Shown here: one piece after another, positions 38,526 through 47,399 of the stretch | How positions within the stretch are numbered: the first letter of the stretch is position 1 | Layout: every line of letters begins with the position of its first letter | NCBI GenBank assembly: GCA_963674735.2 | Contig: CAXXQS010000002.1 | Span: 1,984,001 to 2,048,000 of the forward strand | Direction of reading: 5' to 3' | Length of the DNA stretch: 64,000 nt | Source of the DNA: Myxococcota bacterium | GTDB taxonomy: Bacteria; Myxococcota_A; SURF-8 | Made by a program: the position numbers and the translations under genes | The notes under the pieces: model-generated | Databases searched by the model: none | Seen by the model: the letters and a program-made list of their open reading frames with translations, nothing else | What the model was told of the DNA's origin: nothing

Positions 38526-39524
38526 TTAACGGATAGCCTCAGGGTGCAGCGCAGCCGGAATTTCGATGAGACAGAGGCTGTAACCCGGAGGATCTGCGGC
38601 GAAACGGCTGGCCACGGCTCGCTGGCCGGTTGTATCGATCGCCAAGGCCAGGATGTCGCCACCCACCGGTTGTTCGAAGCGGGTGGACATGCCTCGGTCG
38701 AAGAACAGGACGTTCGGCGATTGTCCCTCGCGCGCCATGAAAAACGTGGCTTGGGCCGCATAGGCGATGGGTGTTTGCCGGTCGGTGAAAAGCGCCAATT
38801 GCTGCTCGCCGCGTTTCACCCAGACACGATCGATGCGGGTATAGCTTTCGCGGGGATCTTCGACTTTATAGGTGAGAAGCAGGCTGTCGGCATCGGCCCA
38901 GTCCAGTGCCGTCAAGATCGAACGGCGATCGGGTGGGGTGGAGACGCGCTGGGCTTCACCGCCTTCCAGCGGTACGACATAGGCCTGATAGCGGAACGTG
39001 ACGCCGTCGTTGAGATCCGGGCGGCTGTCGGGTGGCGGATTGGCAATGGCCAGAAAGGCCACGTAGCGGCCATCGGGTGACGCAACGGGTTTGGCGGGAC
39101 GGCTGGGAATATGTTCCGGCAGGATCTCCGTCAGGGTGTCGCTTTGCGAGGGCAACAGCACAAGGCGTCCGCGAATATCGAGTGCCACGATACCCCGGCT
39201 ACCGGCGTAGGACGGATACGAGCCGCCGTCCAAGGCTTCGATGATGCGTTCGCTGGGGTCTGCCGGATCGCTGAAATCCACTTCCACGATGCGACGTTCC
39301 CAGCTTTGGGCCGTGTCGCGGGCGCTACGCCCTTCTTCCGGGATGGAGCGTAAAGCCACGAGGCGAGCATCCGTGGGATGAAAACGAATGTCGGTTTCGC
39401 GAAAAATGCCGCTTGTCAGCGTGGTGACCGGGCTATTCGCTTGTGGAGAATGGCCTTCGCAGCCTTTGACGCAGCCGAAGATAAAAACGGCGAAAGTTAT
39501 TGATAAAGTTAGTGATTTCAACAT
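38526..39524 (-). CDS. Exported TolB-like beta-propeller protein
   Basis: Signal/lipobox-like IFGC; PVASPDGRYVAF and YVVPLEGGEAQRV. Confidence 0.6.
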   Translation of the reverse strand: MLKSLTLSITFAVFIFGCVKGCEGHSPQANSPVTTLTSGIFRETDIRFHPTDARLVALRSIPEEGRSARDTAQSWERRIVEVDFSDPADPSERIIEALDGGSYPSYAGSRGIVALDIRGRLVLLPSQSDTLTEILPEHIPSRPAKPVASPDGRYVAFLAIANPPPDSRPDLNDGVTFRYQAYVVPLEGGEAQRVSTPPDRRSILTALDWADADSLLLTYKVEDPRESYTRIDRVWVKRGEQQLALFTDRQTPIAYAAQATFFMAREGQSPNVLFFDRGMSTRFEQPVGGDILALAIDTTGQRAVASRFAADPPGYSLCLIEIPAALHPEAIR

Positions 39525-39648
39525 TCTGGAGCCTGCTTGAGCATTTTCGATGATCATAATAAGGAACTTGATACCTTCTCTTAACGTTGCATTTTCAATA
39601 AAAAATGGCAACGCCTTTTTATTTCGAGCGTCTTAGTGAATGGAATAA

Positions 39649-39677
39649 TTGACAGCGGCCGGGAATGATCGCATCAT
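39649..39677 (+). promoter_or_regulatory. Sigma-70-type promoter
   Basis: TTGACA-N17-CATCAT. Confidence 0.5.
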
Positions 39678-39707
39678 AAACTCGGGTTACTGTTAGATGA
39701 GGAAACG

Positions 39708-40910
39708 ATGCGCATTCAGGAGTGGAAGCAGACACAGCGGGGGAAGCACCTGCGGCGATTGGGCCCGTGGCTGGTGGTGTCTGCGTGTATCTGGACCTTT
39801 CTGGTGTTGGGGCTGCTCCCGCTTCTGCCGCAAAGCGCCCCCTCCAAGCGTGCGGATCCCGTAACGATGAGGTCAGTCAGCGCCAAACGCTGGATGGAAA
39901 ACAAATCCGTTCGACAGCCTCCTCAACGTACGAAAGTCGTTCAAAATAAGCCCAAAGAAGAGAAAGCCGAGGAAGAGAAGAAAAAGCCCGATCCGATCGA
40001 AAAACCGCTGGGGCAAATCGTCGATATTGCCATGCCGGAGCGGGAGGAAGTCCCCGACGAAGCCAAGTACGTCAGCCAGTACAACTCGGCGGTTAAAAAG
40101 CAAAGCAAAGCGCGCAAACGCGCGCCGCTCGACCAGGTCGCCCCGTCTATGAAACGGGAAGGGTTGAAGCAGCCGCAGCAGAAAATGGGTCAGGACGAGG
40201 GAAAACTGGTGCTCAACGAGAATCCCGCGCCGGACAAGCCCGGTCGACGCATCGAGCACAATCTGGCGCTTCTTCCCGACCTGAAAATGGCCATGAAGCT
40301 CGATCTTGAAGAAGATGGCACGCGCGGGCAATTCAAGAACCGCAAATCTCAGGAGCGGAATCTCAAAGGGAATGCCGACCGGCTGCAAATGCTGTTCGAT
40401 GATCCGGAAGATGGACAAGCCGGTGAAAGGGGGGCGGGGCAGCCGTCCAATATTCCGAAAAGTCTGTTGCCCAACCTCGAATCGTCGTTGAATTTGGCGG
40501 GTGCGCCGATGAACGACTACCTGAAAGATGTCGAAGAAGGCGAAGAAACCTGGCTGAATACAAAGTCCTTCAAGTATGCTACCTACTACAACCGCATCAA
40601 GCGAAAGGTCAGCCAACGCTGGAATCCCGTGCGCGTTCAGAACCTCTACGATCCAGGTTTTTCAATTTATGGCTACCAAAGCCGGTACACTGTGTTGTAT
40701 ATTACGCTGGATTATAGTGGGAAACTTGAAGAAACCGAAGTCAAGCGATCGAGCGGTGTGGATTTTCTCGACAGGGAAGCGATGGATGCGGTGGCCCGGG
40801 CTGCTCCGTTTCCGAACCCACCCACCGGAATTCTGGAAAGCGATGGAAAAATCAAGTTCCCCTTCGGTTTTTATTTCGAGTTGACCCGTTCCGGCTTGCG
40901 CTTACGTTGA
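39708..40910 (+). CDS. TonB-family energy transducer protein
   Basis: N-terminal TM helix, charged/Pro-rich linker, C-terminal YYNRIKRKV..W..SSGVDFLDREAM..AAPFPNPP. Confidence 0.85.
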   Translation: MRIQEWKQTQRGKHLRRLGPWLVVSACIWTFLVLGLLPLLPQSAPSKRADPVTMRSVSAKRWMENKSVRQPPQRTKVVQNKPKEEKAEEEKKKPDPIEKPLGQIVDIAMPEREEVPDEAKYVSQYNSAVKKQSKARKRAPLDQVAPSMKREGLKQPQQKMGQDEGKLVLNENPAPDKPGRRIEHNLALLPDLKMAMKLDLEEDGTRGQFKNRKSQERNLKGNADRLQMLFDDPEDGQAGERGAGQPSNIPKSLLPNLESSLNLAGAPMNDYLKDVEEGEETWLNTKSFKYATYYNRIKRKVSQRWNPVRVQNLYDPGFSIYGYQSRYTVLYITLDYSGKLEETEVKRSSGVDFLDREAMDAVARAAPFPNPPTGILESDGKIKFPFGFYFELTRSGLRLR

Positions 40911-40952
40911 GTGTGTGGCAAGTCTGTTGAATTGCGATGAACGGATTTTGAA

Positions 40953-41612
40953 TTGGAGGAGGTCGCGTTGGGGCAGCAAAGCAGCTGGTTGCCGATTCCT
41001 TTCTGGCTTGCCGTCGTGATGTTTGTCGTGGGAATCGCCGTGGGGGTGGGGCTCGGCTATGCGTTCAGCGTGGGTTATCAAACCACGACCGTCGCTAAGC
41101 CCTGGGAAGACGACCGCGCCCGTGTGATGGTCCCGCAACAAGACGAGAACGCCAAGACCGTTCAGGCAAAGGCTCAAACTCCCAAGACGTCTCCGTCGAC
41201 CACGCGCGTCCGCCTCGATCCCGATGACAAGCGTCTGTTGTCCGGCATGATCAACGGGCCGGTCAAGCGCGCCCTGCTCGGGACGGTGAAGCATCTCGAT
41301 CCTTTTGTCACAACCTGTCGTACCGAGGCGGAAAAAACATTTAAAGTACGTCTCGATCCCCTGGCGGTGCATGTGGAACTGGAGGCCATCGGTGGGCTGG
41401 CTACCGTCACCCTGGTTGAAACGATTAACCGAAGTGAAGCCGATTTGGCTTTCCAGCAATGTCTGTTCAGTGCGGTTTCGAAAGTTCTGATCAATTTTCC
41501 GGTCGAGAATGGAAACTACGCGTTATTGCATGTGTTTTCGCAGACACCGTCGAACTCGAAACCGCCTGCCGAAAAGAAGGGGTCGGCACCCGCCCATCCT
41601 GCGCAGCCCTGA
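40953..41612 (+). CDS. Single-TM hypothetical protein (possible AgmX/PglI-C-like domain)
   Basis: TM helix, linker, and a C-terminal domain with two Cys (TCR..., FQQCL...INFP). Confidence 0.55.
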   Translation: MEEVALGQQSSWLPIPFWLAVVMFVVGIAVGVGLGYAFSVGYQTTTVAKPWEDDRARVMVPQQDENAKTVQAKAQTPKTSPSTTRVRLDPDDKRLLSGMINGPVKRALLGTVKHLDPFVTTCRTEAEKTFKVRLDPLAVHVELEAIGGLATVTLVETINRSEADLAFQQCLFSAVSKVLINFPVENGNYALLHVFSQTPSNSKPPAEKKGSAPAHPAQP

Positions 41613-41701
41613 TGACGCGTTCACGTGAGCGAGTTTTTCTCGGCTTTTTGCGAAAAACGAAACGAATAGCGAAAAAATCGATCAATCCGAAAGGGGATAG
41701 C

Positions 41702-42496
41702 ATGCAAGCGATGCAGCCGGGGACCGCTTTGAGCGCCATGCGTGAGAAGACACCGCTGGTTCACAATATCACCAATTACGTCGTGATGAATTCCACCGCC
41801 AATGCCTTGTTGGCAGCTGGGGCTGCGCCCGTGATGGCCCATGCCGTGGAAGAAATGCCGGATATGGTCGGGTTGGCCTCGGCCTTGGTTTTGAATATCG
41901 GCACCCTATCCCCCGCTTGGGTCGAGAGCATGCAGGTTGCGGGGAAGGCCGCAGCCGATCGCGGGATTCCGATTATTCTCGATCCCGTCGGGGCGGGGGC
42001 GACGCCCTATCGCACGCAAACGGCCAACGCTCTTCTATCCAGCCTGCCGTTGGCGGTTCTACGCGGCAATGCGTCGGAGATTCTGGCCTTGGCCGGAGCG
42101 GATGCGACCACCCGTGGCGTCGACAGCACCCAGGGATCGTCGGAAGCCCGCGAGGCGGCCGAAGCCATCGCCCGTGAACGTAACGTGACGGTCGTTGTGA
42201 CCGGGGTCACCGACTTTATCACCGATGGTCGCTGTAACCTGAACGTGCAGAACGGTCATCCGCTGATGAGCCGCGTGACCGGTACCGGTTGTGCCGCGAC
42301 CGCTTTGATCGCCGCTTTTTGCGCAGCTCAACCCGATTTCATGGTGGCGTCCGCTGCGGCTCTGGCCTTTTACGGATTGGCGGGCGAACGCGCTGCGGCC
42401 GTTTCGGGGGGACCGGGCACCTTCTGGCCTTCGTTGCTGGATGAGTTGTACCGGCTGACACCGCAAGAGTTGGATGCGGGAGCCAACATCGGCTGA
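41702..42496 (+). CDS. thiM: Hydroxyethylthiazole kinase
   Basis: PLVHNITNYV, LNIGTL, LDPVGAGA, RGNASEI, TGTGC; start at ATG 41702 after AAGGGG. Confidence 0.96.
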   Translation: MQAMQPGTALSAMREKTPLVHNITNYVVMNSTANALLAAGAAPVMAHAVEEMPDMVGLASALVLNIGTLSPAWVESMQVAGKAAADRGIPIILDPVGAGATPYRTQTANALLSSLPLAVLRGNASEILALAGADATTRGVDSTQGSSEAREAAEAIARERNVTVVVTGVTDFITDGRCNLNVQNGHPLMSRVTGTGCAATALIAAFCAAQPDFMVASAAALAFYGLAGERAAAVSGGPGTFWPSLLDELYRLTPQELDAGANIG

Positions 42497-42529
42497 GATT
42501 CCGGTGTTTTTGCGGGCGAAGGAGGATTC

Positions 42530-43177
42530 ATGCCGATGTCACCCATCGACTACCGGGTCTATCTTGTCACGGATCGCCGTTTGCTCAATGGCCGCCGGTT
42601 GGACGAGGTTGTCGAACAGGCCATATTGGGCGGAACCGGCATCGTGCAATTGCGCGAGAAACACGCGTCCGATACCGAGATTCTGGAATGGGGTGGGCGC
42701 TTGCGGGATCTGTGCCGTGCTCACGGTGCCTGTTTCATTCTCAACGACCGCCCCGACCTGGCTCGTGAGCTCGACGCCGACGGCGTGCATGTGGGGCAGT
42801 CGGACGCTTCGTATGCCGAGGCACGTCGCGTGTTGGGGTCCGAGCGAATCGTGGGAGTTTCGGTGAGCACGGTCGACGAGGCCCGTGCCGCCGAAATCGC
42901 CGGGGCCGACTATCTGGGTATCAGTCCGGTATTCGACACCCCCAGCAAAATCGATACGCCGACCGCCACCGGCTTGGAGGGCCTTCGTGATATCCGCCGG
43001 GCCGTCACGTTGCCGCTGGTCGGGATCGGCGGTGTGGATGCCTCCAATGCGGCTGCGGTCGTGGCTGCCGGAGCCGATGGTGTCGCGGTGATTCGTGCCA
43101 TCATGGGGGAGCCAAACCCGGCTACCGCCGCCCGGAATTTGCGACAAGCCGTGGGAGAAGGTCTGGCCCGCCGATGA
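42530..43177 (+). CDS. thiE: Thiamine-phosphate synthase
   Basis: YLVTD, VQLREK, LNDRPD, DGVHVGQSD, VGIGG. Confidence 0.96.
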   Translation: MPMSPIDYRVYLVTDRRLLNGRRLDEVVEQAILGGTGIVQLREKHASDTEILEWGGRLRDLCRAHGACFILNDRPDLARELDADGVHVGQSDASYAEARRVLGSERIVGVSVSTVDEARAAEIAGADYLGISPVFDTPSKIDTPTATGLEGLRDIRRAVTLPLVGIGGVDASNAAAVVAAGADGVAVIRAIMGEPNPATAARNLRQAVGEGLARR

Positions 43178-43289
43178 AAGGCATCCGCTTTACTTTCATT
43201 CGAAAATGAGTCAATATGGCCGTGCAATAGGCGGAATTACCCGTGTCTGCAGGCTATCCATAAACGACAAAGGGAGGACACGAAGCGTT

Positions 43290-44042
43290 ATGGCGTTATC
43301 GATCGATGTGGTGTTTTCGCCAACCGAACCTCTGTCTGAGCGGGATGCCTGGCTGGTGGTGGACATTCTGCGCGCCACCACCGTCATCACCACCTTTTTC
43401 GAGTGCGGGGGGCGGCGCTTGATGCCGGTGGACAGCGTTGAGCGAGCATGGACTTTGAAGAAGCAGGTGGCGGATCGATGGCTGATGGGCGAACGCGACG
43501 CATTGTTGATCGACGGCTTTGACTGGGGTAATTCGCCGCTAGGGTTGAAAGAGGCGGGGCTGGCGAGCAAGCCCGCGGCGGTCATGACGACATCGAATGG
43601 CACCCACGCTTTGTTGGTCGCGCATCGACACGCGGTGCCGGTCTATGCCGCCTGCGCCCGAAATGCCGAAGCAGCCGTTCAGGCTGCCTGTGAACAGGGC
43701 TCGCGCATCGGCATTCTATCGGCCGGGCGTCATCGGCGTGCGGCGTTGGACGATACGGCCTGCTGCGGGGCGTTGGTGGAACGGGCGCTGGCCATCGATG
43801 CAACGGCGGAGTTGTCCGACGGGGCGCGTATGGCGTTGATGGTTTGGCAGCGTTATCGGGGTGATTTGCGGCAGGCGTTGAGCGAATCGGAACACGGCCG
43901 CTATCTGCAAAACAATTTGGGATTGAACGACGATTTGGCCTTCTGTGCGGAGTTGGATGTGTCTCGGTATGTGGCGCGTTTGTCCGACGGCGCGGAGGGC
44001 CCGGAATTTTTGGAGAATGACGTGTGGGTCGGGTCGGATTGA
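43290..44042 (+). CDS. comB: 2-phosphosulfolactate phosphatase
   Basis: VVDILRATT, GER...GFDWGNSP, MTTSNGT; GGAGG RBS before ATG 43290. Confidence 0.9.
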   Translation: MALSIDVVFSPTEPLSERDAWLVVDILRATTVITTFFECGGRRLMPVDSVERAWTLKKQVADRWLMGERDALLIDGFDWGNSPLGLKEAGLASKPAAVMTTSNGTHALLVAHRHAVPVYAACARNAEAAVQAACEQGSRIGILSAGRHRRAALDDTACCGALVERALAIDATAELSDGARMALMVWQRYRGDLRQALSESEHGRYLQNNLGLNDDLAFCAELDVSRYVARLSDGAEGPEFLENDVWVGSD

Positions 44043-44055
44043 GGGAGAGGATGCG

Positions 44056-44697
44056 ATGACGCTTGCAACCGTCGAACGGGTTTTGGTGTTGGCTTCATTT
44101 CTGTTGCTGGGAGTTTACCATCTGCATTTATCGATTAAAACGCGCTGGTCGCCGCGCTCCACCGCCATCGGTATGACCAACCACCTGCGCCGGGTATGGG
44201 TGGCGGAGGTCATGGGTGGCAATAAGAGTGTGCTGGCCATTCAGACTTTTCGCAACTGGATCATGAGTGCGTCGTTCATGGCCTCGACGGCGGTGTTGTT
44301 GAGTTTGGCCATGTTGCATGCGTCGGCCCAAGCCGATGAAAGCCTGAATTTCTTTAAAAGTCTTACCATCTTTCATTTTCAAGATGGTTTGAGCTGGCAG
44401 CTCAAATGGCTGGTGTTGGCGGTGGACTTTTTCTTCGCCTTTTTCAATTTCTCGCTGGCGATCCGCTACTACAACCACGCAAGTTTCATGATTACCCTGA
44501 AGGAGCACGCCGACCCCGACGCCGCCCCCCAGGCGGTGGCGCATACACTCAACCTGGGAGCGGTTCACAACACACTGGGCATGCGCGGCTACTATCTTTC
44601 GGTGCCGTTCACCTTGTGGCTCATCAGCCCGATCCTGCTGTTTTTCGGCACCGTCGTGCTGCTACTGATCCTCTTCAAACTCGACCGCACGGTATAG
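44056..44697 (+). CDS. DUF599-family membrane protein
   Basis: LAIQTFRNWIMSASFMASTA, FFNFSLAIRYYNH, GMRGYY..P..LW. Confidence 0.85.
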   Translation: MTLATVERVLVLASFLLLGVYHLHLSIKTRWSPRSTAIGMTNHLRRVWVAEVMGGNKSVLAIQTFRNWIMSASFMASTAVLLSLAMLHASAQADESLNFFKSLTIFHFQDGLSWQLKWLVLAVDFFFAFFNFSLAIRYYNHASFMITLKEHADPDAAPQAVAHTLNLGAVHNTLGMRGYYLSVPFTLWLISPILLFFGTVVLLLILFKLDRTV

Positions 44698-44714
44698 GTG
44701 GATCGAGTTCTCCG

Positions 44715-47399
44715 CTATTTCGGTGCCGGTGTCAACTGCAGTTTGCCGATGAGGGAAACCGGCGGAGCATCATCGAGCAGCGACACGGGCCACAAGCGGC
44801 CGTTGCGCCAGTCGTCGAAGGCATTGCCGTAGTGCTCTGTATCGGCCCAGCCCGATTGCCCCACATCGACCACCAGCCCGGAGTGTGCCGGATCGCCGAA
44901 ATCGATCACATGCCGCAACACGGGACCATAGGTGACCGCCTCGCCCAGATTGTCTTGCGGCAAGCCTCCGGCCGCCCAGACCGTTCCACGCGCGCCCGGA
45001 TGCTGGACCGGACCGAGGTTGAAGGTGGACCGTAAGGCGTCCACCGAGCCAAAGGGATGCGGAACCTCCAGCGTGTGCAGCCGTCCCCAGTGCCAGTTGT
45101 TCATATCGGCACCGAGTACCTGGGTCAACTCGGCAATGGCGGTTTTAAAGGCCGCCACCATAATTTCGTCGCGCGATTCCCAGTCGGGGGTGTCCTTGCG
45201 ATCGAATACACGCCCCTTGGGGTAGGTGATCCACAGATGGTCGAAAAAGCCGTAAAGCCACGGAATTCCGGTAATGAGTCGGTAGAGTTCCGGCGATAAA
45301 TCGTCTTTGAGGGTGGATTCCCAGACGTGCCGATAGGTGGAGAAAAAAATCGACGCCCCCACGCTGTCGACATCCGCTTGGCGGTCCCAGCTTTTCAATC
45401 GCTCCAAGGCTGCTTGGGTTTGGCTGTCAAACGACTGTTGATCGAGGGCCATGAGCAGGGTCGGCAAGAGCACGTCTGCCTGTCCCACGTAGACATCGGT
45501 TTGCAAGCGACGGATTTCCTCGGCCGTCCATTTCGTTTGGGCTTTGAGCGCCTGTACGATTCGGGCGGAGCGATAGCCCGGCATGCAGTCCAGCGAGAAA
45601 GGATACGGATAATCGTTGGGTGGAACGACCTTGTTGTTGGCGGTAACAATCATGCCGGAGGGTGGATCGACCAGTTGCGGCAGCATGTCGTAGGGGATCA
45701 TGCCGTCCCACTCGTAGCGGCCGTTCCAGCCGGGCACGGGTTCGGTGCCGTCCCAACCCACTCGGCGCGGGACCAGACCGGCAGGAAAGTAGGCGATGTG
45801 GCCTTGGTCGTCGGCGGCCAGCCAGTTTTGCACCGGTACGGTCCAGCTCTGAAAGGCTTTCATGAAGTCCGCCACGCTGTCTGCGCGCGCCAGCGACAGC
45901 AGCGAGTGCAGGTCTCCCGCCGCACCGTCCATGGTGGTTTTGAGCGCCAGCAGCGGTTCCTTGTTCTCCATCCCAGGTACGATATCGTTGAGCACCACGC
46001 CGTGTCGGGTGAGGCGCAGAGTCAGGGGATGGCGGGTGACAGTTCCGTCTTCTTGATGTTCAAGCAGGGCGTCTTCGATCACCGTAAAGGGTTCGGAGCC
46101 CGTGGGAGTGAGATAGCGTGTCGGGTCTTTGGGGTCGAGCTTCTCCAGGTAGATATCTTGCGTGTCGGCGAAGGTGGTGGTGGCGGCCCAGGCCAACCGG
46201 CGATTATGACCCAAAACGATCACCGGCGTACCCGGCATGGTGACGCCGAGGACATCCAGATCGGGGCCCTTGAGATGCATGGCATAGAAAGCACCGGGCA
46301 TCATGTGGGTGAGATGCGGGTCGTTGGCCAATAACGCTTTGCCGCTGTGCGTGCGCGAGGGAGCCAGCACCCAATTGTTGGACGCATCGGGAGCCAGCAA
46401 AAAGCCGGTGGCGGCCCGGACATCGAGAAAGGCCGCCAGAACACGGTGGGCGGGATTGGCGTTGATGTCGAGTGATCCGCGTGGGCTGCTTGGTTGGATC
46501 GGTGGAGCGGTGGGCGGTGGCGGTGTCCGCGGATCTTGCGGCTTTGCATCTGGAACGGCTTTTTCCAACTCACGCGATGGGCCGGGGGTTGCCGCGCCGG
46601 ATGCGCCGGAATCGGCGGTTACTCGCCACATGGCGTGACCGTCCGGACCTTTTTCCAACAACTGGCGGTAATCCTTGTCGTTACGCGTGATGATGTACGG
46701 GCCCGGATGGTCGAAAGGCGGGAACATCTCCGCCAGTGCGTCGCCGCCCAGTTCTTGGCGGATCAGAAAGCGCATCAATTCCTGAGCCATGTTGGCCGAG
46801 ATACCCCAGCCCTGCAATCGCGCCACCGTCATCACGTCCGTGAGCGTCCAGGGACGCGGGGTGTGGTGCAGCAGGCGAAATTCAAGGGGTTGCGGACCTT
46901 GCTCGATGTAACGGTTGATGCCTGCCACGTAAGCTTGCCCGATGGTCCGGTCTTCCGCGCTCATGGCCTGAAGTATCGCCTCGGCATGGCGGTGCAGGCC
47001 GATCACGCGAAACCAGCGGTCCACCGCCAGGGTATCTTTGAAAGGGGAGGCCGGATCGTCGGGCTGGTTGCCGAACAATTCCGACAAGCGTCCCGCTCCC
47101 ACACGGCGTAACAGTTCCATTTGAAACAGCCGTTCGCGTGCGTGAAGAAAACCGACCGTGAAAAACAGGTCGGCCTCGGTCTCAGCCGTGATGTGGGGAA
47201 TGGCATGGCTGTCGAAGGCCACCTCTACCGGTTGCGAAAGGCCATCGAGCTGAAGCTTGCCGTTGTAGCGTGGCGCATTGGGGCTGAGCTTGTAGTCCAG
47301 TAGTCGTAACGCGTCGCAGCCGTTGCCGAAAAGGACAACCAAGGCAAGGAGTCCGAACAGGCATAAATGGGGAAGTCGGTATTGCGGATGGTCAGTCAT
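44715..47399 (-). CDS. Penicillin acylase family (S45) Ntn-hydrolase, probable lipoprotein
   Basis: HARERLFQME, ASNNWV..SG..LLANDPHL, TANNK, GQSG; lipobox-like GNGC; start ATG 47399 after AAGGAG. Confidence 0.92.
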   Translation of the reverse strand: MTDHPQYRLPHLCLFGLLALVVLFGNGCDALRLLDYKLSPNAPRYNGKLQLDGLSQPVEVAFDSHAIPHITAETEADLFFTVGFLHARERLFQMELLRRVGAGRLSELFGNQPDDPASPFKDTLAVDRWFRVIGLHRHAEAILQAMSAEDRTIGQAYVAGINRYIEQGPQPLEFRLLHHTPRPWTLTDVMTVARLQGWGISANMAQELMRFLIRQELGGDALAEMFPPFDHPGPYIITRNDKDYRQLLEKGPDGHAMWRVTADSGASGAATPGPSRELEKAVPDAKPQDPRTPPPPTAPPIQPSSPRGSLDINANPAHRVLAAFLDVRAATGFLLAPDASNNWVLAPSRTHSGKALLANDPHLTHMMPGAFYAMHLKGPDLDVLGVTMPGTPVIVLGHNRRLAWAATTTFADTQDIYLEKLDPKDPTRYLTPTGSEPFTVIEDALLEHQEDGTVTRHPLTLRLTRHGVVLNDIVPGMENKEPLLALKTTMDGAAGDLHSLLSLARADSVADFMKAFQSWTVPVQNWLAADDQGHIAYFPAGLVPRRVGWDGTEPVPGWNGRYEWDGMIPYDMLPQLVDPPSGMIVTANNKVVPPNDYPYPFSLDCMPGYRSARIVQALKAQTKWTAEEIRRLQTDVYVGQADVLLPTLLMALDQQSFDSQTQAALERLKSWDRQADVDSVGASIFFSTYRHVWESTLKDDLSPELYRLITGIPWLYGFFDHLWITYPKGRVFDRKDTPDWESRDEIMVAAFKTAIAELTQVLGADMNNWHWGRLHTLEVPHPFGSVDALRSTFNLGPVQHPGARGTVWAAGGLPQDNLGEAVTYGPVLRHVIDFGDPAHSGLVVDVGQSGWADTEHYGNAFDDWRNGRLWPVSLLDDAPPVSLIGKLQLTPAPK

